Position numbers and translations under genes: made by a program. A stretch of 64,000 bases of DNA from an uncultured Alphaproteobacteria bacterium (GTDB taxonomy: Bacteria; Pseudomonadota; Alphaproteobacteria; Rhodospirillales; Defluviicoccaceae), in the NCBI GenBank assembly GCA_963786305.1, contig CAWAYL010000009.1, positions 108,387 to 172,386 on the forward strand, read 5' to 3'. Below are positions 42,538-52,713 of this stretch, in pieces. The notes under the pieces are model-generated. The model did no database searches. It saw only the letters and a list, made by a program, of their open reading frames with translations, and was not told where the DNA came from. Each line of letters begins with the position of its first letter. Positions within the stretch are counted from its first letter, which is position 1.

Positions 42538-42674
42538 GGTTCGATGGCCTCTCGGGGGCGCGAAGTCAACGCGACGCCGCTCTCCCCTTTACTGGAATGA
42601 AAAACAGCCCGACAGATGGCGGGGAACCGTTTCGGGCCCCCGCCACGTGCGGCAACAAAAAATCAGGCTTCAGA

Positions 42675-43095
42675 TCACTCCATGCCGTCCAAGGCCTTCT
42701 GGAAGCGGCCCGCGTGGGACTTTTCGGCCTTCGCCAGCGTCTCGAACCAATCGGCGATCTCGTCAAAACCCTCGTCGCGGGCGGTTTTCGCCATTCCCGG
42801 GTACATGTCCGTGTACTCGTGGGTTTCGCCGGCGATCGCCGCCGACAGATTGTGACCGGTGGGGCCGATGGGCAGACCCGTGGCGGGGTCGCCAACTTTC
42901 TCGAGGAACTCCAAATGACCGTGAGCGTGGCCGGTCTCGCCCTTCCGCGGTGGAGCGGAAAACCGATGCAACGTCGTTGTAACCCTCGACGTCGGCTTTT
43001 TGCGCGAAATAAAGATAGCGGCGGTTCGCCTGGGATTCGCCCGCGAACGCTTCCTTCAGATTGTCTTCCGTTTTCGAGCCCTGCAATGCAGCCAT
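42675..43095 (-). pseudogene. rbr: rubrerythrin (erythrin-type, no rubredoxin domain), one frame break as sequenced (~42936-42945)
   Basis: MAALQGSKTEDNLKEAFAGESQANRRYLYFAQKADVEGYNDVASVFRSTAEG is in one frame. ETGHAHGHLEFLEKVGDP...[46 protein letters not shown] follows in the next. Length is 421 nt = 3n+1. Confidence 0.88.
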
Positions 43096-43196
43096 GTCCG
43101 TTCTCCCTCGTCAGCGATGATTCAATAAAGGCAGGTGCACCGATCGACGCACACACTTTTCAATCTTACTGTGGACGGCCGGACGCGGCGAGTCAA

Positions 43197-43221
43197 GAAG
43201 TTTATAACGATTCTAAACTTC
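43197..43221. promoter_or_regulatory. Irr-binding iron control element (ICE)-like palindrome in the rubrerythrin promoter
   Basis: GAAG TTTATAA cga TTCTAAA CTTC. The minus strand reads TTTAGAA-tcg-TTATAAA, against the ICE consensus TTTAGAA-N3-TTCTAAA (13/14). It sits about 100 nt upstream of the rbr ATG, just upstream of a TTGACT -35-like hexamer and 28 nt from the irr stop. Confidence 0.55.
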
Positions 43222-43248
43222 GCGTTAGCGCTATTCAGCTAAATGCAA

Positions 43249-43680
43249 TTATTGAGTGTTGGAACTGAGGCGGACGATGACGTCGACCCGCGCGACAGTG
43301 GTGCCGCTCGGTGGCGAAGGCAGCTCGGATACGACGACCTGCTCGGCCGCGATATCTTCCAGGCGCCCCGAATCCTCATGGAAGAAATGGTGATGGTCCG
43401 ATGTATTGGTGTCGAAGTACGACCGCGTCGCGTCGACGACGATCTCTCGGAGCAGCCCGGCCGTGGTAAACTGATGCAGGGTATTGTAGACGGTGGCGAG
43501 GGAAACACGCACGTTCGCCGCGGCGGCCTCTTCGTGCAGGACCTCCGCGGTGACGTGGCGATAGTCGTTCTCGAACAAAAGCTTGGCCAGCGCCAACCGC
43601 TGCCGGGTCGGACGCAGATCGGCTCTTCGCAGTCTGTCGAGAACCCGGCTGAATGGGCGAGATGTTTCCATGATTTCCAT
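43249..43680 (-). CDS. irr: Fur-family iron response regulator Irr
   Basis: ..LRPTRQRLALAKLLFENDYRHVTAEVLHEEA...LATVYNTLHQFTTAGLLREI...SYFDTNTSDHHHFFHE carries the Irr-type HHH motif. Start taken at ATG 43680; the listed ORF extends to GTG 43704. Confidence 0.75.
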   Translation of the reverse strand: MEIMETSRPFSRVLDRLRRADLRPTRQRLALAKLLFENDYRHVTAEVLHEEAAAANVRVSLATVYNTLHQFTTAGLLREIVVDATRSYFDTNTSDHHHFFHEDSGRLEDIAAEQVVVSELPSPPSGTTVARVDVIVRLSSNTQ

Positions 43681-43799
43681 ATGGGCAGGCCACACACCCA
43701 CCACAATTCTAAATTAGCCGATACACTATCACATATGGCCCCGGCGCGGCAATTCCGGCGATTCCAGCGCTTTTGCGCGCGGCCGGCCGCCACGATGGC

Positions 43800-45197
43800 T
43801 CAGTTACCCGTGACGATCCGGTCGACCAGTTGCTTGACGGTCGGGATAAAGCCGTTCTTGTAGAACGGATCCGTGGCAAATCGATAAGCGTTATGACCGG
43901 CGAACATCAAATTGCTGTCCACATCGCCATCGTGAGCGATCGACTGCAAGGTTTTCTGAATGCAGAACGATCGCGGGTCGGCGGGTTTGCCGGTGGTCCC
44001 GGCCTCGCTTTCCGACCAGTTGCTGAACCGGCATGCGCTGAGGCAGCCCATGCACGACTGCTGGTCGACCCGGATTTCCACGGATTTCTCCGGCGTCACC
44101 AGGATCAACGTCGAATTGGGCGTCTTCAGGGCTTCGGTAAAACCTTCGGCGAGCCAGGTCTCGACCCGGCTCCTGTCGGCGCGGGTCAGATACACCGGCC
44201 GCCCCCGCGCGCCCACCGGCAACGCTTCGGTATGCTCGCCCAGCGGCTGACGCGTGTACGCCACTTGCCTGTCATTGCGTTCGGACAACTCGTGCAGAAA
44301 TGCGTTGCGCACGGCCGACGAATAGAACCCCGTGGGGCTGAAACGATTGAGAAAGACGTCGCCTTCGCGCAAAGTCAGCAGCCGCTTTTTCCAGGCCTCG
44401 GAAACCGGGCTTTCCTGGGTCACCACCGGCCGGGTCCCGAACTGAAACGCGATGGGTCCCAACTCGGGATTGTCGATCCAATCCTCCCATTCCCGCAAGC
44501 ACCAGACACCGCCGGCCATGAAGATGGGCATTTCGTCGAGACCGAACCCGCGCATCTCCTTGCGGAGCTGGCGAATTCTCGGGTAGGGCGACTCGGGACG
44601 ATCGGGGTCTTCGGAGTTGCTCAGACCGTTGTGGCCGCCGGCCAGCCACGGGTCCTCGTAGACCACGCCACCGAGGAAATCGCGGTACTTGTAGTACGCC
44701 CGTTTCCACAAGGCCCGGAAAGCGCGGGCGGACGAGATGATCGGGTAGTAATACACCCCGTACTGAGCGGCAATCTCCGCCACCTTGTACGGCATGCCGG
44801 CGCCGCAGGTTATGCCGTGGACGAGGCCCTTGGCGCCATCGAGCACGCCATGCAGCACCCGGGTCGCCGCCGCCGCCTCCCACAGCACGTTCATGTGAAG
44901 GCGGCCGCCGCCGTTGGATTGCTCGTAGGCCCTGCGGGCCTGGGCGATCCCGCCCTTGATGGCGAAAGCCACCAGTTCCTCGTATCGTTCACGCCGGGTC
45001 TTGCCGCGGTAGACCTGCCGGACCACCTCGCCTTCTTCGTCGAAGAAGTCGGCGTTGACCGCCGAAAACGTTCCGACGCAGCCGGCCGCCGCGAACGCGC
45101 CGGCACTGAGACCATTCGATACGGAAACGCCCTTGCCGCCTTCGACGATGGGAAGGACCTCGGCGCCCGACATCATGAACGAGTTAAGAGCTTTCAT
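43800..45197 (-). CDS. nitronate monooxygenase / NAD(P)H-dependent flavin oxidoreductase family protein
   Basis: 465 aa, intact. It has a TIM-barrel FMN-type layout (..ITCGAGMPYK.., ..IFMAGGVW..) plus a Cys-rich C-terminal extension (CMGCLSAC). Confidence 0.65.
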   Translation of the reverse strand: MKALNSFMMSGAEVLPIVEGGKGVSVSNGLSAGAFAAAGCVGTFSAVNADFFDEEGEVVRQVYRGKTRRERYEELVAFAIKGGIAQARRAYEQSNGGGRLHMNVLWEAAAATRVLHGVLDGAKGLVHGITCGAGMPYKVAEIAAQYGVYYYPIISSARAFRALWKRAYYKYRDFLGGVVYEDPWLAGGHNGLSNSEDPDRPESPYPRIRQLRKEMRGFGLDEMPIFMAGGVWCLREWEDWIDNPELGPIAFQFGTRPVVTQESPVSEAWKKRLLTLREGDVFLNRFSPTGFYSSAVRNAFLHELSERNDRQVAYTRQPLGEHTEALPVGARGRPVYLTRADRSRVETWLAEGFTEALKTPNSTLILVTPEKSVEIRVDQQSCMGCLSACRFSNWSESEAGTTGKPADPRSFCIQKTLQSIAHDGDVDSNLMFAGHNAYRFATDPFYKNGFIPTVKQLVDRIVTGN

Positions 45198-45230
45198 CGT
45201 GCATTACTCCCGCTATCCGCGGTGTCATGA

Positions 45231-45270
45231 GCCAAATAAGAAGGGTCGGCCGGCGTAAAGCCCGCCGGCC
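45231..45270 (-). terminator. rho-independent terminator after pnp
   Basis: The minus strand reads GGCCGGCG-ggcttta-CGCCGGCC, followed by GACCCTTCTTATTTGG. Confidence 0.55.
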
Positions 45271-45384
45271 GCCCGTTCCTCAGGGGTATATAACCCGCAT
45301 TTGTAATAATGCGACCCCGAAATGGCTTCGATCGAAAAACTCGGAACGCCGCCCCGCCGCCATACCCCTATTTGCGCGATCCCG

Positions 45385-47487
45385 TCATGCCTCCTTGGCG
45401 ATGGCCTTGATCGACAGCTTGAATTTGCCCCGATCGTCGATTCCGATCAGCTTGACCTTGACGGTATCGCCCAACTGGATCACGTCGGTGACCTTGCCGA
45501 CGCGCTCGGGCGCAAGCTCGCTGATGTGCACGAGGCCGTCCCGGCTTCCCATGAAATTCACGAAGGCGCCGAAATCGACGATCTTCACGACCTTGCCGTT
45601 GTAAATCGTACCGACTTCCGGCTCGGCGGCGATACCGCGGATCCATTCGATCGCCGCGTCGGCGGATTGCTGATCGACGGCGGCCACCTTCACCGTGCCG
45701 TCGTCTTCCAGGTCGATGCGCGCGCCCGTCGTCTCGCAGATCTCCCGGATCATCTTGCCGCCGGGGCCGATCACTTCGCGGATCTTGTCCTTGTTGATCT
45801 GGATCATGGTGATCCGGGGCGCCATCTGACTGACCGATTCACGCGTGTGGTCGAGACCCTTGGCCATTTCGCCGAGAATGTGCAAACGGCCGTCTCGCGC
45901 CTGATCCAGCGCCTGCCTCATGATCTCTTCCGTGATGGACGTGATCTTGATGTCCATTTGCAGCGCCGTCACGCCGTTCTCCGAACCCGCGACCTTGAAG
46001 TCCATGTCGCCGAGGTGATCCTCGTCGCCCAAAATGTCCGACAGAACAACGAAGTCGTCATCTTCCTTGATCAGCCCCATGGCGATGCCGGCGACCGGAC
46101 GCACCAAGGGCACGCCGGCATCCATCATCGCCAGGGACGTACCGCAGACCGTGGCCATCGACGAAGACCCGTTGGATTCCGTGATCTCCGAAACGACGCG
46201 GATGGTGTACGGGAAATCTTCCTTGGACGGCATCAGCGGGTGGATCGACCGCCAGGCCAGCTTGCCGTGACCGATCTCGCGGCGGCCGGTAAAGCCGAAG
46301 CGGCCCGCCTCGCCCACGGAATAGGGCGGGAAGTTGTAGTGCAGCATGAAATTCTGGCGGTATTCCCCGGCCAACGCGTCGACCATCTGCTCGTCCTGAC
46401 CGGTGCCCAGCGTGGTGACCACCAGGGCCTGCGTCTCGCCGCGCGTGAACAGGGCGCTTCCGTGAGCCCGCGGCAACAACCCGACCTCGGAGACGATCTC
46501 GCGAACGGTCGCGGGATCGCGGCCGTCGATGCGGCGCCGGGTGGCGATGATGTCGCGCCGGACCACGTCCTTTTCCAATCCCTTGAAAACGTCGTCCCAG
46601 CAATCGGCGAGGAGATCGTCATCGATGGATTCGTCATCCGTCAGATCCGCGCCGACCCGCTCCTTCACGGCCGCGACCATGTCGCGGCGCGCGGCCTTGA
46701 CCGTTTCCGAATACGCCTTGCGCAGGTCGTCCTCCGCCATGGACTTGACCTTGGCGGCGACTTCGTCCTTGCCCTCGCGCGGCGGCGGAAGATCCATCGG
46801 CTCGCGCGCGCACGCCTCGGCCAGATCGATGATCGCGTCGACAACCGGCTGGCAACTTCTGTGGCCGAACATGACGGCCCCCAGCATGACGTCCTCGGAC
46901 AGTTCCTTGGCTTCCGATTCCACCATCAGCACGCCATCGCGCGTGCCGGCCACCAGCAGATCCAGATCGCTGGACGCCATGTCCTCGATCAGCGGATTGA
47001 GGACGTACTCGCCGTTGATATACCCGACGCGACAGCCGGCGATGGGCCCGAGAAACGGTACGCCGGACAGCGTCAGCGCCGCCGATGTTCCCACCAGCGC
47101 GGCGACGTCCGGGTTGTTCTCGAGGTCATGGCTGAGCACCGTGCAGATGATCTGCGTCTCGTTGCGAAAGCCCTTCGCGAACAGCGGCCGGATCGGCCGG
47201 TCGATCAAACGCGAGGTCAGCACCTCGTTTTCCGCCGGGCGGCCTTCGCGCTTGAAAAATCCCCCCGGTATCTTGCCGGCGGCAAATGTCTTTTCCTGGT
47301 AGTGCACCGAAAGCGGGAAAAAATCCAAGCCGAGCTTCGGCTTCTTTTCATAGACAATCGTGCACAAAACCTTGGTTTCGCCGAGCGTGACGAGCACGGC
47401 GCCGTCGGCTTGGCGGGCGATCTTGCCCGACTCGAGAATGAGCGGCCGTCCGCCCCAGTCGATTTCCTTGCGAAATTCTTGAAACAT
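45385..47487 (-). CDS. pnp: polyribonucleotide nucleotidyltransferase (PNPase)
   Basis: 700 aa, intact. [33 protein letters not shown]... starts two RNase PH domains, followed by KH and S1 (..[20 protein letters not shown]..). Confidence 0.97.
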   Translation of the reverse strand: MFQEFRKEIDWGGRPLILESGKIARQADGAVLVTLGETKVLCTIVYEKKPKLGLDFFPLSVHYQEKTFAAGKIPGGFFKREGRPAENEVLTSRLIDRPIRPLFAKGFRNETQIICTVLSHDLENNPDVAALVGTSAALTLSGVPFLGPIAGCRVGYINGEYVLNPLIEDMASSDLDLLVAGTRDGVLMVESEAKELSEDVMLGAVMFGHRSCQPVVDAIIDLAEACAREPMDLPPPREGKDEVAAKVKSMAEDDLRKAYSETVKAARRDMVAAVKERVGADLTDDESIDDDLLADCWDDVFKGLEKDVVRRDIIATRRRIDGRDPATVREIVSEVGLLPRAHGSALFTRGETQALVVTTLGTGQDEQMVDALAGEYRQNFMLHYNFPPYSVGEAGRFGFTGRREIGHGKLAWRSIHPLMPSKEDFPYTIRVVSEITESNGSSSMATVCGTSLAMMDAGVPLVRPVAGIAMGLIKEDDDFVVLSDILGDEDHLGDMDFKVAGSENGVTALQMDIKITSITEEIMRQALDQARDGRLHILGEMAKGLDHTRESVSQMAPRITMIQINKDKIREVIGPGGKMIREICETTGARIDLEDDGTVKVAAVDQQSADAAIEWIRGIAAEPEVGTIYNGKVVKIVDFGAFVNFMGSRDGLVHISELAPERVGKVTDVIQLGDTVKVKLIGIDDRGKFKLSIKAIAKEA

Positions 47488-47551
47488 TCTTCTTCCTTTT
47501 ACATGTACCGTCGCGTGGCTTCTTCAACGAAGAACACCACCTCGGTCCGCA

Positions 47552-47569
47552 ACCGCCCGGATTGGCGGT
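47552..47569 (-). promoter_or_regulatory. stem-loop in the rpsO-pnp intergenic leader
   Basis: The minus strand reads ACCGCC-aatccg-GGCGGT within the 113-nt pnp leader. By analogy with the enterobacterial pnp leader it could be a processing or autoregulation site. Function not demonstrated. Confidence 0.3.
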
Positions 47570-47600
47570 GGGCAACCAAATTTCAGCTAGATTCGAACCC

Positions 47601-47870
47601 CTAACGACGCAGCCCCAGCCGTGCGATGAGATCCTCGTAGCGCTTGACCTCCTTCCTCTTGAGGTAATCAAGCAGCCGCCGGCGCTGGCCAACCATCATC
47701 AGCAGCCCCCGCCGAGAGTGAAAATCCTTCTTGTGGATCTTGAGATGCTCGGTGAGATTCCGAATGCGCTCGCTCAGGATCGCGACCTGGACCTCGGGCG
47801 ACCCGGTGTCGCGTTCGGCTTTGGCGAACTCTCCAATGACTTCCTGCTTCCGCTCAGCGGTAATCGACAT
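47601..47870 (-). CDS. rpsO: 30S ribosomal protein S15
   Basis: [71 protein letters not shown]... Confidence 0.97.
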   Translation of the reverse strand: MSITAERKQEVIGEFAKAERDTGSPEVQVAILSERIRNLTEHLKIHKKDFHSRRGLLMMVGQRRRLLDYLKRKEVKRYEDLIARLGLRR

Positions 47871-47885
47871 CTTCTGTTTCCCTGA

Positions 47886-48815
47886 TTAAAGGTTGAGGAT
47901 CCGGACGGGACGAATCTCGCCGCCCTTGATTTTTGCCAACGCCACGGGTTTGCCCCCGGACATGGCGCAAAACACCGTGTCCCGGACTTGACCTCGAAAC
48001 GCCGATCGGCTCGCCACGGGCAATGCCGCGATGGCTTGTCCGTGGTTTAAACGTCGAGCTTCCGCTTCGGTCAAAACGAGAGCCGGGATGTCGGCCAGCG
48101 CCGTCCCGACCGGAAGCACATGCTCGAAAAGCGCGCCACTATGGCGCAAGCCGTCTACATTATCCAGGGGAATCGCCATGGCTTCGGTGAATGAGCCGAC
48201 GCATATGCGTCGCAGCGCGGACACGTAGCCGACGGTCCCCAACGCCAGCGCCAGGTCGCGCGCCAGCGATCTCATGTAAGCGCCCTTGCCCGAGCGAACC
48301 TCGAACACCGCGTGGTCGCGGTCCGGGCAGTCGACCAATTCGAAGCGATCGATCCGCACGCCGCGCGGCGGCAGGTCCACCGGCTGTTCGGCGCGTGCCA
48401 GCGCGTAGGCGCGCGCGCCCCGCACCTTGATCGCCGAGAAGGTGGGCGGCACCTGCTCGATGTCGCCGATGAAGTCAGGCAGCTTGGCCCGGACCGCCTC
48501 TTGCGACGGGCGCGCGTCGCTGCGCTCGAGGACCTCGCCTTCCGCGTCGTCCGTGCCGCGCCGCTCGCCCCAGCGGATGGTGAAGCGATAGGCCTTCTGG
48601 CCGTCCATCGCATACGAGACCGTCTTCGTCGCCTCGCCGAGCGCGATGGGCAGCACGCCGGTGGCCAGCGGGTCCAGCGTTCCGCCATGACCGGCCTTGG
48701 CGGCGTTGAGCGCGCGCCGCACGATCGCCACGGCAGCCGCCGAGGAAACACCCAACGGCTTGTCCACCACGAACCAGCCGTGCACCGGCTCGCCGCCCCG
48801 CCTTTTCCGACCCAT
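47886..48815 (-). CDS. truB: tRNA pseudouridine(55) synthase TruB
   Basis: From the internal ATG at 48815: MGRKRRGGEPVHGWFVVDKPLGVSSAAAVAIVRRALNAAKAGHGGTLDPLATGVLPIALGEATK. Confidence 0.92.
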   Translation of the reverse strand: MGRKRRGGEPVHGWFVVDKPLGVSSAAAVAIVRRALNAAKAGHGGTLDPLATGVLPIALGEATKTVSYAMDGQKAYRFTIRWGERRGTDDAEGEVLERSDARPSQEAVRAKLPDFIGDIEQVPPTFSAIKVRGARAYALARAEQPVDLPPRGVRIDRFELVDCPDRDHAVFEVRSGKGAYMRSLARDLALALGTVGYVSALRRICVGSFTEAMAIPLDNVDGLRHSGALFEHVLPVGTALADIPALVLTEAEARRLNHGQAIAALPVASRSAFRGQVRDTVFCAMSGGKPVALAKIKGGEIRPVRILNL

Positions 48816-48820
48816 GGTTT

Positions 48821-48897
48821 TTCCTCGGAGCAATATCCGTTCAAGTGCGTTCACTCGATCGGATTTACTTGCTCTGAAAATCAGTAATTTAGAGCAC
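48821..48897 (-). repeat. intergenic repeat family A, copy 2 (inverted relative to copy 1)
   Basis: The reverse complement reads GTGCTCTAAATTACTGATTTTCAGAGCAAGTAAATCCGATCGAGTGaacgCACTTGAACGGATATTGCTCCGAGG. It fills the rbfA-truB spacer. The hairpin is retained with one mismatch and one G-U pair. Confidence 0.8.
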
Positions 48898-48903
48898 GCC
48901 GCT

Positions 48904-49341
48904 CTAGGGGCCCGGTTCTTCGTCGCCGGGCTTATCGTCGCCGGGCTCGTCGTCGCGCCGGCGGGCAAGGTCGCGCGCAACGGTCGGCTCCTTGAGAAGT
49001 TCTTCGATTCTGCTGGCCTGATCGAAAGATTCATCGACCTTGAACGTCAGCCTCGGGACATATCTCAGCGTGACCGACTGCGCCACCCGATGACGCAGGA
49101 ACGGCGTCGCCGCGTCGAGGGCTTCGATCATCGTCTTGCGGTCGCCGCGCCCGCCGAGAGGCACGACGAACACCGTCGCGTTGCGCAGGTCCGGGCTGAC
49201 GCGCACCTCGGTCACCGTCACCGGCAGGCCGATCAGGCGCGGATCGCGGATCTCGCCGCGCTCGACGATCCAGGCCAGGGCATGGCGGAGCTCTTCGCCG
49301 AACCGAAGTTGCCTTTGGCTTGGGGGTTTCCCCGCCATCAC
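48904..49341 (-). CDS. rbfA: ribosome-binding factor A
   Basis: ..QRQLRFGEELRHALAWIVERGEIRDPRL..PVTVTEVRVSPDLRNATVFV.. with an acidic C-terminal tail. Confidence 0.9.
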   Translation of the reverse strand: MMAGKPPSQRQLRFGEELRHALAWIVERGEIRDPRLIGLPVTVTEVRVSPDLRNATVFVVPLGGRGDRKTMIEALDAATPFLRHRVAQSVTLRYVPRLTFKVDESFDQASRIEELLKEPTVARDLARRRDDEPGDDKPGDEEPGP

Positions 49342-49391
49342 GGTCCCGTCCGGCCGGTAATTCGACTGGTGTGAAACTCAAAAACCATGGA

Positions 49392-52046
49392 TCACAGTTC
49401 GCGCGCGACTTCCTCGACCTCGAAGCACTCGATCATGTCGCCGACCTTGATGTCCTGGTAGTTGGCGAGAGAGATACCGCAGTCGTAGCCCTCGCGGACC
49501 TCCTTGGCGTCTTCCTTGAAACGCCTGAGCTGCCCGAGATCGCCCTCGTGAATGACCACGTTGTCGCGCAGCAGCCGCACCTTGGCGCCCCGGCGAACCG
49601 TACCCTCGGTGACCATGCAGCCGGCGACCTTGCCAACCTTGGTAATGTTGAAGACTTCCCGGATTTCCGCGTATCCGAGAGTATTCTCGCGCAACCGCGG
49701 CGGCAGCATCCCCGACATCAGTGTCTTGAGATCGTCGGTCACGTCATAGATGATCGAATAATATCGGATCTCGACGCCGTCTCGTTTCGCCGTCTCGCGC
49801 GCCTGCGGGTTGGCCCGGACGTTGAACCCAATGATCATCGCCTCCGAGGCGCGGGCGAGGCTGACATCGGATTCGTTGATGCCGCCGATGCCGGCGTGCA
49901 GCACCTGTGCCTTGACCTCGTCGGTGCCCAGCTTGGCGAGAGCGCCGACAATGGCCTCCACCGAACCATGGACGTCCGCCTTGATGACGACGGGCAATTC
50001 CTTGGCCTCGCCATCCTGGATGCGCTGGAACATCGTTTCGAGCGAGCCGCGGTTGGCGACCGCCTTGGCGTCCCGGGTCTTGCGCTGGCGGAATTCCGTC
50101 ACCTCGCGCGCCCGCGCCTCGCTGTCCACCACCACGACCTCGTCACCCGCCGCCGGCGTGCCGCCAAGCCCCAGGACCTCCACCGGAACGCCCGGACGCG
50201 CCACCTTCACCGGCTTGCCGCTGGAGTTTCCGAGCCCGCGAACGCGGCCCCACTCGCTGCCGGCGACGATGATGTCGCCGACCCGGAGGGTGCCCCGCTG
50301 CACCAGCACCGTGGCCACCGTTCCGCGGCCCCGCTCCATCCTCAATTCGACGATGACGCCCTCGGCGGGCCGGTCGGGATTGGCCTTGAGGTCGAGAATT
50401 TCCGCCTGAAGAAGGATCGCCTCCTCGAGCTTTTCGAGATTGGTTCCCTCCTTGGCCGAAACCTCCACGCACAGATCTTCGCCGCCCATGCTTTCGACGA
50501 CGATGCCATGCTGGAGCAAATCCATCTGGACGCGATGCGGATTTGAGTCCGGCCGGTCGATCTTGTTGATCGCCACGATAATCGGAACGTTCGCCGCCTT
50601 GGCGTGGTCGATCGCTTCCTTGGTTTGCGGCATGACGCCGTCGTCGGCGGCGACCACCAGAACGACGATATCGGTCGCGTGGGCGCCGCGCGAGCGCATC
50701 TCGGTAAACGCCTCGTGCCCCGGGGTGTCGACGAACGTGATCTTGCCGCCGTGCGGCATGGTCACCTGATAGGCGCCGATGTGCTGGGTGATGCCGCCGG
50801 CTTCGCGGTTGGCCACGTCGGTTTTTCTCAACGCGTCGAGCAGAGACGTCTTGCCGTGATCGACGTGGCCCATGACCGTCACCACCGGCGGCCGCGACTT
50901 GAGTGTCTCTTCCGCGTCGGTATCACCCTTGAGGCCGATTTCGACGTCGGCGTCGCTCACCCGCTTCGAATTGTGGCCGAACTCCTGGGCCAGCACTTCG
51001 GCGGTGTCGCCGTCGACGGAATGGTTGATTGTGGCCATGATTCCCATCTTCATCAGCGCCTTGATGACGTCGGCGCTGCGGGCCGCCATCCGGTTGGCCA
51101 ATTCCTGTACCGTCAAAGTTTCGGGGATGATAACGTCACGAACGATTTTCAGGTTGTCGCCCCGAGACGGACCCCCCTGCTTCATCTTTTCTTTCTGTCG
51201 CGCCCGCTTGACCGACGCCAGGCTCCGCATCCGTTCGCCGGCGTCGTCGAGGGCGTCGACAATCGTCAACCGTCCGGCGCGGCGGCTCGGCTCGCCCTTG
51301 CGCTGGGCCGTCGTCGGACGACGCGCCTCCGGGCGCACCGGCTTTTTCGCGCGGCCGCGCTTGTCTTCGTCCTCCTCCGTCGGTGCATCCGCCACCGGCG
51401 CGCCCTTCGGCGCGGGCACATCGACACCCTCGGTCGGCGCGGCACCTTGGACCGGCGCGCCGGGCGCGCTCTCGGCTTCGGTCGTCCGGCTTTCCTCGGT
51501 GGCGGCCTTCGTGGGTGCCTGCTCGCCTTCTTCCGCGGCTACCGGTGTCTCGGCCTCCCCGGTCGCCGCCTCCCCGACCGGCGGCACCGCCGCTTCGTCG
51601 GGCGCCTGGTCGGGCGCCTGGTCGAGCGCCTCGTCGTGCGCGGCCTCCGGCTCGAGCGGCTGCGGCTCCACTTCCGGTGCGTTGGCCCGTTCCTCTTCGG
51701 TCTTGATGGCGACTTTCAGCGCCCGGGCCCGTGCTTCCTTTTCCTTGTTGGTCAGGCCGATGGCCGCGCCTTCACGGGGCACGCCATCGCGCTGCACGGA
51801 AAACGCGGCCGCCTCGGCGGCCTTCTGCGCCGCCGCTTCGGCTTCCCGGCGAACCTCCGCCATCCGGCCGCGTTCATCGCGCGCGTAGGTCTTTTTCTTG
51901 CGCACCTCGACCGTGACCATCTTCGACCGGCCGTGGGCAAAGCTCTGCCTGACCTGGCCGGTTTCGACCGTCTTTTTCAGCTCCAGCCGCCGAGGTCTGC
52001 TCATTGGCTCCTGCTTGTTTTCGTCGGTTTCTTTAATTTCGGACAT
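49392..52046 (-). CDS. infB: translation initiation factor IF-2
   Basis: Intact. The GTPase core is [19 protein letters not shown]...DTPGHEAF...NKID, behind a long Ala/Glu/Pro-rich N-terminal region. Start taken at ATG 52046 (MSEIKETD); the listed ORF starts at 52097. Confidence 0.95.
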   Translation of the reverse strand: MSEIKETDENKQEPMSRPRRLELKKTVETGQVRQSFAHGRSKMVTVEVRKKKTYARDERGRMAEVRREAEAAAQKAAEAAAFSVQRDGVPREGAAIGLTNKEKEARARALKVAIKTEEERANAPEVEPQPLEPEAAHDEALDQAPDQAPDEAAVPPVGEAATGEAETPVAAEEGEQAPTKAATEESRTTEAESAPGAPVQGAAPTEGVDVPAPKGAPVADAPTEEDEDKRGRAKKPVRPEARRPTTAQRKGEPSRRAGRLTIVDALDDAGERMRSLASVKRARQKEKMKQGGPSRGDNLKIVRDVIIPETLTVQELANRMAARSADVIKALMKMGIMATINHSVDGDTAEVLAQEFGHNSKRVSDADVEIGLKGDTDAEETLKSRPPVVTVMGHVDHGKTSLLDALRKTDVANREAGGITQHIGAYQVTMPHGGKITFVDTPGHEAFTEMRSRGAHATDIVVLVVAADDGVMPQTKEAIDHAKAANVPIIVAINKIDRPDSNPHRVQMDLLQHGIVVESMGGEDLCVEVSAKEGTNLEKLEEAILLQAEILDLKANPDRPAEGVIVELRMERGRGTVATVLVQRGTLRVGDIIVAGSEWGRVRGLGNSSGKPVKVARPGVPVEVLGLGGTPAAGDEVVVVDSEARAREVTEFRQRKTRDAKAVANRGSLETMFQRIQDGEAKELPVVIKADVHGSVEAIVGALAKLGTDEVKAQVLHAGIGGINESDVSLARASEAMIIGFNVRANPQARETAKRDGVEIRYYSIIYDVTDDLKTLMSGMLPPRLRENTLGYAEIREVFNITKVGKVAGCMVTEGTVRRGAKVRLLRDNVVIHEGDLGQLRRFKEDAKEVREGYDCGISLANYQDIKVGDMIECFEVEEVAREL

Positions 52047-52074
52047 TGCAGTCTTGTCTGTTCTCAACTCTGTC

Positions 52075-52707
52075 TCACAGTTTCCCGGAATGGGCACTCA
52101 CGGCACGATCGTTTCGAAACCCCGACAACCGGGCCGCTTCCCGGCGAACACCCGACGCCAGCTTTCCTGGCGCGATAACCAAATGCACGGTGCGCTCTCG
52201 ACCCGAGGTCAAGCCCAGTTCATCGCCGCTGAGCACGTCCAACACCGGAACGTCCGGACACGCCGCGCGGATCTTCGCGCGCGCCCCGGGAGCACCGTCG
52301 GCAGCGGCTAAAAGAACACCTCCGCGCCCCGCCCGCAACCATTCACTGACTTTTTCGTATCCCGACACCGCCTGGCCGGCGCGACGCGCCATGCCGACCG
52401 TGGCGAGACAACGGCGCACGAGCAGTTCCTCGACCCTCTCGACGAGGTCCGCCGGTACGCTGACCTGGGCGCGCGCGGCCTTCGCGAACAGGTTCTTTTT
52501 ACACGCTTTCGTCAACATCCGCCGGTCCGCACTCACCCATATACCCCGCCCCGGAAGCCGTTCGTCGATATCCGGAACGACCTGCCCTCCGGGATCGATG
52601 ACGAACCGCAAAAGCGATTGCTTGTCTTTCACCGCGCCGCTCGCGATACACCGCCGTTGCGGCGTTTCCGCGGCGGCCGCGGCGGGACCTTTCGGGTGTC
52701 CGGACAT
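52075..52707 (-). CDS. YlxR (DUF448)/L7Ae-like RNA-binding protein of the nusA-infB operon
   Basis: [19 protein letters not shown]....[12 protein letters not shown] is the YlxR motif. The position between nusA and infB is canonical. Confidence 0.8.
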   Translation of the reverse strand: MSGHPKGPAAAAAETPQRRCIASGAVKDKQSLLRFVIDPGGQVVPDIDERLPGRGIWVSADRRMLTKACKKNLFAKAARAQVSVPADLVERVEELLVRRCLATVGMARRAGQAVSGYEKVSEWLRAGRGGVLLAAADGAPGARAKIRAACPDVPVLDVLSGDELGLTSGRERTVHLVIAPGKLASGVRREAARLSGFRNDRAVSAHSGKL

Positions 52708-52713
52708 CGCGTG

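Noticed and set aside
45322-47604. 760-aa ORF on the plus strand, plus similar long ORFs at 40642..42600(+), 50604..52178(+), 23253..24989(-), 1743..2984(-), 58358..59722(+), 43773..45230(+), 54917..56209(+), 60922..62223(+) and 62604..63539(+).
   Set aside because: Each lies antisense to a strongly recognisable conserved gene (pnp, DUF3501/Fe-S, infB, leuA, hisZ, lnt, NMO, trmB/metK, phoH, miaB). Their translations are Arg/Gly/Ala/Pro-rich with no family resemblance. These are typical stop-poor shadow frames of high-GC DNA.
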